This document shows, piece by piece, positions 22,007-33,288 of a DNA stretch of 64,000 bases. Location: positions 256,050 through 320,049 of the forward strand of contig CAWAHN010000004.1 in the NCBI GenBank assembly GCA_963781845.1, given 5' to 3'. Source of the stretch: an uncultured Chloroflexia bacterium (GTDB lineage: Bacteria > Chloroflexota > Limnocylindria > Limnocylindrales > CSP1-4). Positions within the stretch are counted from its first letter, which is position 1. Every line of letters starts with the position of its first letter. The translations under genes were made by a program, and so were the position numbers. The notes under the pieces were generated by a model. It searched no databases. It worked only from the letters and a program-made list of their open reading frames with translations, and was not told the origin of the DNA.

Positions 22007-22674
22007 TCAGGCGGGTTCGGACCGATCGACCCCGAGACCGGCCTCGCGGGCCCGGACGATCGCACTCGCGCGATCGACGACCTGGAGCTTGTTGAGGATC
22101 GATGAGACGTGATTGCGGACCGTCTTCAGGCTCAGCCCGAGTCGTCGGCGATGTCGGGGTTGGACGTACCCCGGGCGATCAGCTCGAGGATCTCGAGCTC
22201 GCGTTCGGTCAGCTCGGGGAAGGCGTCCGCCCCGGGACCGCGCATCCGGGGGGCGGTGAACAGGGCCATCAGCCGTCGCGCGACCTCCGGGCCGAAGATC
22301 GCCTCGCCGGCGGCTGCCGCGACGATGGCCCGGTGGATCTCCTCGTGATCGGCGCCCTTGAGGACATAGCCCCGGGCTCCGGCCCGCATCGCCGCGAAGA
22401 CCGACTCGTCGTCGTCGGACATCGACAGGACGAGGACCGCGACCGCCGGTCGTGCCGCCACGATCCGGCGGGTCGCCTCGATCCCGTTCATGACCGGGAG
22501 ATGGAGGTCCATCAGGACGACGTCCGGCTCGAGCGTCGCCGCGAGCTCCACGGCGATCCGACCGTCGGCGGCCTCGCCGACCGGTTCGGCATCCGGCAGC
22601 GTCTCGAGCAGGGACCGGATCCCATCCCGGAACAGCGGGTGGTCGTCGACGATCAGCACCCGGATGGCCGTCAT
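22007..22674 (-). pseudogene. NarL/LuxR-family response regulator with a 1-nt frame break inside the HTH domain (pseudogene or assembly indel)
   Basis: The receiver domain is intact (VLIVDDHPLFRDG...VVLMDLHLPVMNG...SMSDDD). The frame ends at TGA 22132-22134 right after ...GTSNPDIAD. The rest of the HTH (RLGLSLKTVRNHVSSILNKLQVVDRASAIVRAREAGL) continues in another frame to TGA 22007-22009. The total span is 668 nt, which is 3n-1. Confidence 0.85.
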
Positions 22675-22678
22675 GGGG

Positions 22679-24403
22679 TCATCCTGCGCCCAACGGCAGG
22701 TGGGCGTCGACCCGCGTCCCGCCGCCGGAGCGGGGTTCGATCGTGCACGAGCCCCCGAGCTCGGCGGCGCGCTCGCGCATCGACGCGGTGCCGACCCCCA
22801 TCCGCCAGCCCGGCGGGAGCCCGCTGCCGTCGTCGACGATCTCGAGGTCGAGGGTCTGGCCGATGCCGATCGTCACGCGACAGCTCGTCGCGCCGGCGTG
22901 ACGCACCGCGTTCGTCATCGCCTCGACCGCGATCCGGTACGCCGCGACCTCGGTGGCAGCGCCGAGCGTGGGGAGCTGGCCCGGTCCTACGACGTCGATC
23001 CGCGGCGGCGCCCCCGTCAGGCCCGGCTCGACCGCGAAGCCGTCCGCGCGACGTCGGATCGCCTCGACCAGGCCCACCTCGTCGAGTGCCGGCGGTCGCA
23101 GCCCGCTGGCCAGCCGGCGGACCTCGGCGATGGCGGCCTGCGTCTCGACCGTCACCTGGTCGAGCAGGGACTCGGCGGCCGACGGGTCGGACCGGACCTG
23201 GAGGCGGGCCACGCCGAGCTTGACCGTCATCGCGGCCAGCGACGGGCCGAGACCGTCGTGGAGGTCGCGCCGCAACCGTCGTCGCTCGTCCTCGCGGGCG
23301 ACCACGAGCGCTTCGCGCGACTGGCGCAGGACGTCGATCTCGAACAGCCGGTCACGGACCACGGCGAGCGCCAGCGCGATCGGGATCGGGATGGCGATGA
23401 GGGCCAGCGCCGGCCGGCTGGCGAGCGGCTCGCCGGTCAGGACGACGGGGACGATCACGAAGACCAGCGTCGCGACCCCGGCGACCCCGAACGCGAGCGC
23501 GATCCAGCGGACGTCGTGCCGGAGCGCAGGGTGCGCCCGACGGTACGCCATCACGGTCCCGATCAGGGCGAGGCCGAGGACGACGCCGACGACGGCCGAC
23601 TGGACGCTCGCCCAGCTGTCGATCCAGGCCAGCGTCGACGCGCTCGTGACCCGGGTCGCGAGGACCCCGAGCCCGAGCGCCACGGGCGGGACGACCCAGG
23701 CCGCCCGAACGGCCCAACGGCGGCGCCGATCGTCGGGCTGGACCTGGAAGACGAGGACGATGTGGAGGGCCGCCGACCAGAACAGGAGGTTGATCGGCCC
23801 GGTCAACGCGAACGAGGCCAGGCCCGGTCCGCCGCGAACGAGATCGGTCGGCTCGAGACCGAGCTGCCACGGGATGGCGCTGGCCAGGTTCCCGACCGAG
23901 CCGACGATGAGGACGCGCGCGATCGTCAGGTCGGGCCGGCGCAGGACGATGAACCCCGATACGAGGACGAGCAGGCCGGCGAACAGCCCCAGCGGCCAAC
24001 CGGCCGCCAGGACCGGCACGATCGGGAACGGAGCGGGGGCGATCTCGAGCGCGGTCGGGACGTCGTCGCGGAGGACGTCGAAGCGGAGCACGGCCGCAGG
24101 GTCCGGGACGAACGGCGCGGCGAGCCTGGGATCGACCGCGGCCTGCGCCCACCGTTCGAGCGGGACGCCGTCGACGACAACGACGGCGTCCCCGTCGCGG
24201 AGGTGTCGGTCGGGCGGCACGGTCTCCGTGGATACCGAGCGGACGGCCGTTCCGTCGACCGACCAGTCCCACTGGTCGATCGAGACGTACGCCTGCTCGG
24301 CCGGGGTGGTCGCCCGGACCGCGATGAAGACGAGCAGGACGCCGAGCGACAGGCCGAGGATGGCGAGGGTCGCCACCCCCCACGGCGAGCGCGCTCGATC
24401 CAT
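22679..24403 (-). CDS. Sensor histidine kinase, HisKA_3 (NarX/LiaS/DesK-like) class, polytopic N-terminus
   Basis: The H-box is [15 protein letters not shown]. The HATPase blocks are [23 protein letters not shown] and [16 protein letters not shown]. The first 350 aa contain at least 7 hydrophobic helices. It ends 4 nt before the response-regulator start. Confidence 0.88.
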   Translation of the reverse strand: MDRARSPWGVATLAILGLSLGVLLVFIAVRATTPAEQAYVSIDQWDWSVDGTAVRSVSTETVPPDRHLRDGDAVVVVDGVPLERWAQAAVDPRLAAPFVPDPAAVLRFDVLRDDVPTALEIAPAPFPIVPVLAAGWPLGLFAGLLVLVSGFIVLRRPDLTIARVLIVGSVGNLASAIPWQLGLEPTDLVRGGPGLASFALTGPINLLFWSAALHIVLVFQVQPDDRRRRWAVRAAWVVPPVALGLGVLATRVTSASTLAWIDSWASVQSAVVGVVLGLALIGTVMAYRRAHPALRHDVRWIALAFGVAGVATLVFVIVPVVLTGEPLASRPALALIAIPIPIALALAVVRDRLFEIDVLRQSREALVVAREDERRRLRRDLHDGLGPSLAAMTVKLGVARLQVRSDPSAAESLLDQVTVETQAAIAEVRRLASGLRPPALDEVGLVEAIRRRADGFAVEPGLTGAPPRIDVVGPGQLPTLGAATEVAAYRIAVEAMTNAVRHAGATSCRVTIGIGQTLDLEIVDDGSGLPPGWRMGVGTASMRERAAELGGSCTIEPRSGGGTRVDAHLPLGAG

Positions 24404-24536
24404 GCACCCTCCCGACGCGATCGACGACCGGCCCGATGAGGATAGACCGCGGCCGTCGGCGGCCGACTCGGCCCGTCGATCCGACGTGGCTGAACGCCTG
24501 TTCTGTTTGTGGCGGTTCGGCTACACTGCGCGTGAG

Positions 24537-27602
<3,066 letters not shown>

Positions 27603-27604
27603 CG

Positions 27605-27952
27605 GTGGCCGACGCAGCACGCGCCCATCGTCCGGCACGCCACGAGATCCCGCTGATCGATGAGCGGGCGCTGGTCGCCGCTCGGGCGGGCGACCGGCTG
27701 CTGGCCGTGGCCCAAGAACGCGGGGATCGTGCCTCGAAGCGCTGGGCGAACGAGCTGGCCGCCGTCCCGGATGCGCTCCGGGACGGCGATCTCGCCGATG
27801 TCCGTCGGGCCGCGGTCCGGGCCCGCTCGGCGTACGGACCGAAGGATTCGATCCGCGACGCCCTCCCCGCGGATGTCACCGAGCCGTTCCTCGACGCGGT
27901 CGACCGGCTGCTCCGCGAGCTGGCGCGTTACGAGCGCAACCGGACCGACTGA
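27605..27952 (+). CDS. Hypothetical helical protein (115 aa) coupled to uvrA
   Basis: Its GTG lies 2 nt after the uvrA stop. GC3 is high in frame. No family was recognised. Confidence 0.45.
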   Translation: MADAARAHRPARHEIPLIDERALVAARAGDRLLAVAQERGDRASKRWANELAAVPDALRDGDLADVRRAAVRARSAYGPKDSIRDALPADVTEPFLDAVDRLLRELARYERNRTD

Positions 27953-28033
27953 CCGGTCCGAGGTCAGGACGGCGGCACGGCCATGGGGTCGGGCGAGGGG
28001 TCGCCCCGCGACCGTCCGGTGGCTCCATCTGCG

Positions 28034-29704
28034 TCACGTGGGGCGGGTCGGCTCGACCTCGAGCCCGAGCTCGTCCGGGTCGAACCCCTCGAGCAGGAAC
28101 CGCGACGGGGCGGCCGGGTCGTACACGAGCGTCAGGGTGCGTCGCGCCCGGGTCCACGCGACGTAGGCGAGGCGCCGCTCCTCCTCGAGCGCCCGCATCG
28201 GGTCGTCGGCCTCGTCGAGCGTCCGCTGGCTCGGGAACCGACCGTCGTCCATGTCGACGATCGCCACGTCGTCGAACTCGAGTCCCTTGGTCGAGTGGAC
28301 GGTCGCGAGGATGAGCCGTGCATCGTCCTGGCGAAGGCGGGCCAGCTCGGCCTGTCGCTCGCGTACGGCGGCGACGAACCGCCCCGCGTCCGGGTACGGC
28401 GCCGCCCAGGCGAGGACGGCCGCCAGCAGGTCGTCGAACGAGCCTTCGTCCTCCCCGAGACCCGCCTCCGCGCTCCGGGTGCCGGCCGCCCGGATCCGGG
28501 CCAGCCGAACGAGCAACGGGTCGGGGGCTTCGTCGCCGGCCAGCCGGGCCAGGACGGGCTCGAGCCGCGCATCCTCCAGCGGCAGGATGAGCCGATCGGC
28601 CCGGAACGGACGCCCGAGCTCGAGCGCGACCGCCGCGGCCGGCAGGAGCTCGCGGTTGGTCCTGGCGAGGATCGCCCGGGTGGCGTCGCCGGTCGTGCCG
28701 GACTCGTCCGGCCAGGTCGACAGGACGTGCCGCGCCCGGTCGTCGTCGTCGGCGGCATCGGGCGCGAGGATCAGCCGCCCCGGAGCGTCCGTTCGCGCCG
28801 CGACCTCCTTGTCGAACCGCTCCACGTTGTGCTCGACCAAACGGACGGCACGCTCGACCACCGGGGCAGGGCAGCGGAAGTTCGTGACCAGGTCGTGACG
28901 TCGCAGCCCGGGCAGTCGATCGGCCAGCGCCAGCACCCGCCGGACGTCGGCGAGCCGCCAGCCGTAGATCGACTGGTCGTCGTCGCCGACGAGGAAGATC
29001 CGGTTCGCCGGCGCGGCGATCAGGAGGGCCAGTTCGAGCTGCGACCGATCCACGTCCTGGACCTCGTCGACGAGCAGCTCGACACACGCGGAGCGCCAGC
29101 CGGCGAGGGTCGCGGGGTCGTCCTCCAGCAGCGACAGGGAACGGGCCACGAGGTCGTCGAAGTCGAGGCCGCCGGTCGCGCGAACGGCCGCCTCGTAGGC
29201 GACGAATGCCCGCGCGCGCGGACCGGCGTCGGGGTCGACCGCGATCGATGCCGGGTCGACTCGGCTCTCGAGCTTGAGCGTCGAGAAGACCGTGTCGAGC
29301 CGACGGCGTTCGGCGGGATCGGCGTCGGGCAGGATGGCCCGGATCGTCAGGTCACGATCGACCAGCGGTTCGACGGGCTGGCCGGCCGCGCGCAGGACCT
29401 CCCTCCCGAACGCGTGGAAGGTGCGGACGCGGACGGTCCCGACCGGGACGTCCAGGGGCGCCAGGGCGACGCCGACGCGCTCGACGAGCTCGTCGGCGGC
29501 TCGCTTGTTGAACGCGATCGCCGCGATCCGGTCCGCCGGAGTCCCGGTCGCCACGAGCCAGGCGATCCGCGCGACGAGGGTCGTCGTCTTGCCGCTGCCG
29601 GCAGGCGCCAGGCACAGGACCGGGCCGGACTGGGCGGTCGCTGCCGTCCGCTGGTCCGGCGTCAGCCGATCGAGGCGGGCCAGGACGTCGGGATGGAGCT
29701 CCAT
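28034..29704 (-). CDS. UvrD/Rep/PcrA-family ATP-dependent DNA helicase (short form, 556 aa)
   Basis: Walker A is LCLAPAGSGKTTTLVARI. Other blocks are FHAFGREVL, LLVDEVQDV, FLVGDDDQSIYGWR, ATVHSTKGLEFD and LAYVAWTRARRTL. Confidence 0.88.
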   Translation of the reverse strand: MELHPDVLARLDRLTPDQRTAATAQSGPVLCLAPAGSGKTTTLVARIAWLVATGTPADRIAAIAFNKRAADELVERVGVALAPLDVPVGTVRVRTFHAFGREVLRAAGQPVEPLVDRDLTIRAILPDADPAERRRLDTVFSTLKLESRVDPASIAVDPDAGPRARAFVAYEAAVRATGGLDFDDLVARSLSLLEDDPATLAGWRSACVELLVDEVQDVDRSQLELALLIAAPANRIFLVGDDDQSIYGWRLADVRRVLALADRLPGLRRHDLVTNFRCPAPVVERAVRLVEHNVERFDKEVAARTDAPGRLILAPDAADDDDRARHVLSTWPDESGTTGDATRAILARTNRELLPAAAVALELGRPFRADRLILPLEDARLEPVLARLAGDEAPDPLLVRLARIRAAGTRSAEAGLGEDEGSFDDLLAAVLAWAAPYPDAGRFVAAVRERQAELARLRQDDARLILATVHSTKGLEFDDVAIVDMDDGRFPSQRTLDEADDPMRALEEERRLAYVAWTRARRTLTLVYDPAAPSRFLLEGFDPDELGLEVEPTRPT

Positions 29705-29825
29705 GGCCGCGATGGTCGCGCGCAGCTCTCACCGGCGGCTGCTCGAAGATCGAACCATCCGGCGCATCTCACCCCCATCACGGGTGTAGCGTCCGTGATG
29801 GGCGGCTGCCGAAGGGAGCGGGCGG

Positions 29826-30377
29826 TTGGACCGAAGCCTGGTCGAAGAGGCGATGCACGGCGATGAGGCGGCGTTCGCCGGCCTGATGACCGTGGTCGGC
29901 GACCGTCTGCTCGCGACGGCGTTCCGGATCCTGCGCGACCTCGACCTCGCCGAGGATGCGGTCCAGGTCGCCCTCATCGGCGCCTGGCGGGATCTGCCCG
30001 GTTTGCGCGAGCCGGACCGGTTCGAGCCATGGCTCATGCGTCTCCTCGTCCGCGCGTGCTATGCGGAGGCGGAGCGCCATCGACGCTGGACCGGCCGGAT
30101 CCAGGTGATCCCGGTCGACGGCCCGGCGACGCCCGACACCACCGGTGCGGTGGCCGATCGCGACCAGCTCGACCGGGGCTTCCGGCGACTCCCGGTGGAC
30201 CAGCGGGCGGTGTTCATCCTCCACCACTACCTCGGCTGGTCCCAGCCCGAGATCGCCGAGAACCTCGAGATCCCGCTCGGGACGGTGAAGTCCCGGCTCC
30301 ACTACGCCACGCAGACGCTCCGGGCGGCCCTCGAGGCCGATGCCCGGACCGCCGCCAGCACGGGACGGCCAGCATGA
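29826..30377 (+). CDS. ECF-type sigma-70 family factor
   Basis: The start is TTG at 29826, or alternatively ATG at 29853. Region 2 is DEAAFAGLM...AEDAVQVALIGAWRDLPGLREPDRFEPWLMRLLVRACY. Region 4 is RAVFILHHYLGWSQPEIAENLEIPLGTVKSRLHYA. Confidence 0.88.
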   Translation: MDRSLVEEAMHGDEAAFAGLMTVVGDRLLATAFRILRDLDLAEDAVQVALIGAWRDLPGLREPDRFEPWLMRLLVRACYAEAERHRRWTGRIQVIPVDGPATPDTTGAVADRDQLDRGFRRLPVDQRAVFILHHYLGWSQPEIAENLEIPLGTVKSRLHYATQTLRAALEADARTAASTGRPA

Positions 30378-31339
30378 GCACCGGAGAGGACTTCGATCGG
30401 ATCGTCCGCGACTGGCTGGAGGTCGGCCCCACCCAGCTGTCCGAACGCGCGACCGAGGCCGCCCGGAACGGCATCCACCGGACGCAGCAGCGCCACGGGC
30501 TCCGCCTGGTCCTGCGCCGGCCGGCCGGTCGGGCGGTCCGCATCGTCGCCATCACCGGAATCGCGGCGGCCATCGTCATCGCGACCGCGGTCGGCCTTCG
30601 GCTCTCCCAGGGTCGTGACGCGATCGGGGGGCCACAACCCACATCGAGCCCATCGGCCGCGGCTTCCGACCGCGTCCAGCTGTCGTTCCGTGCCCTGCCG
30701 TCCGGATCGGCGATCCCGGACGCGGTCGCCGTCGCCACGATCCGGGACATCGTCCAGCAACGACTGAACGCGGCGGGGTTCGCCGATCCCGTCGTAACGG
30801 CGGACGGTACCGACCGGATCGTCGTGGACCTGCCCCGCGGGACCGACGTCGCCCAGCTCGAGCCGCTCGTCCTGCGTCGCGGCCAGGTCGCGTTCGTGCC
30901 GCTGCCTGCGGATCGCTACGGCACGTCCGTGACCGGGGAACCGACCGGCGTCGTCGACGGGCAGCCGCTGCCCAGCGACCCGAGTCTGACGCCGCTGTTC
31001 ACCGGCGAGCATCTGACTGCGGCGAACCCCGGGACCGACCAGACGACGGGCGAACCGGTCGTGGCATTCACGCTCGATGCCGCGGCCACCAAGCTGTTCT
31101 CGGACTACACCCGGGACCACGTCGGCGACTTCTTCGCCATCGTCCTCGACGACACGGTCGTCTCGGTGCCGAGCATCCGCGAGCAGATCACGGACGGCTC
31201 CGGGCACATCACGCTCGGCACCGGGACCGATGCCGTCGCCTCGATGAACGAGCTGGTCTCGATCCTCCGTTACGGGGCCTTGCCGTTCCCGCTCCAGCTC
31301 GAGAACGCGACCGGACCGTCCGGCTCGCCCGCGCCGTGA
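30374..31339 (+). CDS. Single-pass membrane protein with SecD-periplasmic-head-like extracytoplasmic domain, in anti-sigma position
   Basis: Its ATG overlaps the sigma stop (ATGA at 30374-30377). A ~50-aa cytoplasmic N-terminus is followed by the TM helix AVRIVAITGIAAAIVIATAVGL. The next ~250 aa are collinear with the SecD encoded at 33289: ATIRDIVQQRLNAAGF, FVPLPADRYGTS, LTPLFTGEHLTAANPGTDQTTGEPVVAFTLD, FFAIVLDD..VS.PSIREQI and SMNELVSILRYGALPFP. There is no C-terminal 6-TM SecD core. Confidence 0.8.
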   Translation: MSTGEDFDRIVRDWLEVGPTQLSERATEAARNGIHRTQQRHGLRLVLRRPAGRAVRIVAITGIAAAIVIATAVGLRLSQGRDAIGGPQPTSSPSAAASDRVQLSFRALPSGSAIPDAVAVATIRDIVQQRLNAAGFADPVVTADGTDRIVVDLPRGTDVAQLEPLVLRRGQVAFVPLPADRYGTSVTGEPTGVVDGQPLPSDPSLTPLFTGEHLTAANPGTDQTTGEPVVAFTLDAAATKLFSDYTRDHVGDFFAIVLDDTVVSVPSIREQITDGSGHITLGTGTDAVASMNELVSILRYGALPFPLQLENATGPSGSPAP

Positions 31340-31383
31340 CCCGGTCGCCTGCCGGCACGGGGGACCGGCGGTAGCATCAGCGG

Positions 31384-33240
31384 GTGACCCCCGAGCTCGC
31401 CGCGACCCTCAAGAAGCTGCCCGACCGGCCCGGCGTCTACCTGATGAAGGACGCCCGGGGCGTGGTCGTCTACGTCGGCAAGGCGCAGAGCCTGCGCAGC
31501 CGGGTCCGGAGCTACTGGCAGAAGCAGGCGGTCGGAGGCGAGATCCATCGGATCCGCAGCGTGATCGACCGGGTCGTCGACCTCGACTACACGATGACGG
31601 ACTCGGTCTCCGAGGCGCTCCTCCTCGAGGCGAACCTGATCAAGCGGTACGCGCCCCGGTTCAACATCCGGCTCAAGGACGACAAGAGCTACCCGTACAT
31701 CAAGATCACCCTGGCCGACGACTTCCCGAGGATCGAGCGGACCCGCAAGCTGCCCAACGACGGCAGCCGGTATTTCGGGCCGTATGCGTCGGCGACGAGC
31801 GTCGACGAGTCGATGAACCTGATCCGGCGCTTGTTCCCGTTCCGGACCTGCACGATCGACATCCAGGACGGCAAGCGGGCGCTCCAGCGACCCTGTCTCC
31901 TCTATCACATCAAGCGCTGCCAGGGCCCGTGTATCGAGGCGATCTCGAAGGAGGCGTACCGCGCCGACATCGAGCAGGTCGAGCTGTTCCTCGACGGGCG
32001 CCAGGAGACGCTGGTCAAGGCCCTCGAGAGCGAGATGGGGTCCGCGGCGGAGCGGACCGAGTACGAGCGCGCCGCCGTCCTGCGCGACAAGATCCGGGCG
32101 ATCGAGCGGACGATGGAGAGCCAGAAGATGGCCGCGTTCGCACGGACGGAGCTCGATCTCATCGGGATCGCCCGGCAGGACAATCAGGCGGCCGTCCAGC
32201 TGTTCGTGATCCGTGACGGGAAGATGATCGGCCGCGACGTGTTCCTGCTCGATGCCGCGCGCGAGGCTTCCGACGACGAGGTCCTGGCCGGCTTCCTCGA
32301 GCAGTACTACAGCCGGGCGACCTCGATCCCCGTCCAGGTCCTCGTACCCGGCCTGCCCGGCCCGGAGGACGCGGATGTCCTGACGGCCTTCCTCGCCGAT
32401 CGGCGGGCGGGTCCGGTCCACCTGCGCGTCCCGCAGCGAGGGGAGAAGCGAGCCCTGATGGCGCTCGCCGTGCGGAACGCGACCGAGGCGCTCGCGCGCG
32501 AGCAGGCCCGTTGGCTCGCCGACCAGGGCAAGACCCTCGGCGCGCTGCGCGAGCTCGCCGACGCCCTCGGGTTGGCCGATCCGCCGCTCCGGATCGAGTG
32601 CTACGACATCAGCAACTTCCAGGGCGACCAGTCCGTGGCGAGCATGGTCGTGTTCGAGGACGGCAAGCCCAGGACTGGCGACTACCGACGGTTCCGGATC
32701 AAGGACGTCCAGGGACCGAACGACTTCGCCAGCCACCAGGAGGTCCTCCGCCGTCGCTTCCGGCGGGCCAAGGCCGGCGACGAGGGCAGCGAGGAGGAGC
32801 TCCGCTGGCGACTGCCCGACCTGGTCATCGTCGACGGCGGCAAGGGCCAAGTCAGCGCGGCCGCCGAGGTCCTGGCCGAGATGGGGCTCGACGACCTGCC
32901 GCTCGCCGGGCTCGCCAAGGAGCGTGAGGAGCTCTTCCTTCCGGGCCGGTCGGATCCGGTCCTCCTGCCGGCCACCTCGCAGGCGCTCTACCTGGTCCAG
33001 CGGCTGCGCGACGAAGCCCACCGGTTCGCGATCACCTACCACCGCGACCTTCGGGCGAAGGCGTCGGTGCGGTCCGCCTTCGACGATCTCCCCGGTGTCG
33101 GTCCGAAGCGGCGCCGGGCCCTGCTCCGCGTGTTCGGCTCGGCCAAGCGCGTGCGCGAAGCGCCGGTCGAACAGATCGCCGCGGTGCCGGGGATCGGGCC
33201 CGCCCTCGCCGCCCGGATCAAGGCGACGATGGAGGCCTGA
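31384..33240 (+). CDS. uvrC: Excinuclease ABC subunit C
   Basis: The GIY-YIG block is PGVYLMKDARGVVVYVGKAQSLRSRVRSY. The UVR motif is EYERAAVLRDKIRAI. It also has the endonuclease V-like block and C-terminal (HhH)2, LPGVGPKRRRALL...IAAVPGIGPALA. TAGCAT lies 6 nt upstream of the GTG. Confidence 0.95.
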   Translation: MTPELAATLKKLPDRPGVYLMKDARGVVVYVGKAQSLRSRVRSYWQKQAVGGEIHRIRSVIDRVVDLDYTMTDSVSEALLLEANLIKRYAPRFNIRLKDDKSYPYIKITLADDFPRIERTRKLPNDGSRYFGPYASATSVDESMNLIRRLFPFRTCTIDIQDGKRALQRPCLLYHIKRCQGPCIEAISKEAYRADIEQVELFLDGRQETLVKALESEMGSAAERTEYERAAVLRDKIRAIERTMESQKMAAFARTELDLIGIARQDNQAAVQLFVIRDGKMIGRDVFLLDAAREASDDEVLAGFLEQYYSRATSIPVQVLVPGLPGPEDADVLTAFLADRRAGPVHLRVPQRGEKRALMALAVRNATEALAREQARWLADQGKTLGALRELADALGLADPPLRIECYDISNFQGDQSVASMVVFEDGKPRTGDYRRFRIKDVQGPNDFASHQEVLRRRFRRAKAGDEGSEEELRWRLPDLVIVDGGKGQVSAAAEVLAEMGLDDLPLAGLAKEREELFLPGRSDPVLLPATSQALYLVQRLRDEAHRFAITYHRDLRAKASVRSAFDDLPGVGPKRRRALLRVFGSAKRVREAPVEQIAAVPGIGPALAARIKATMEA

Positions 33241-33271
33241 GGGAGTCGCTTCCGCCCCCTCCGCCGTCGAC

Positions 33272-33280
33272 TGGTATAGT
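33272..33280 (+). promoter_or_regulatory. Candidate extended -10 (TGgTATAGT) 8 nt upstream of the secD ATG (possible leaderless secDF transcript)
   Basis: This is a near-consensus TGnTATAaT in the 48-nt uvrC-secD spacer. There is no Shine-Dalgarno sequence before ATG 33289. Confidence 0.4.
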
Positions 33281-33288
33281 CCGCCGCG

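Noticed and set aside
22953-24536. The 5' 528 codons of the 1549-aa ORF that ends as uvrA.
   Set aside because: This part is antisense to the histidine kinase and has Ser/Arg/Thr-rich nonsense composition. UvrA homology begins precisely at ATG 24537 ([19 protein letters not shown]).
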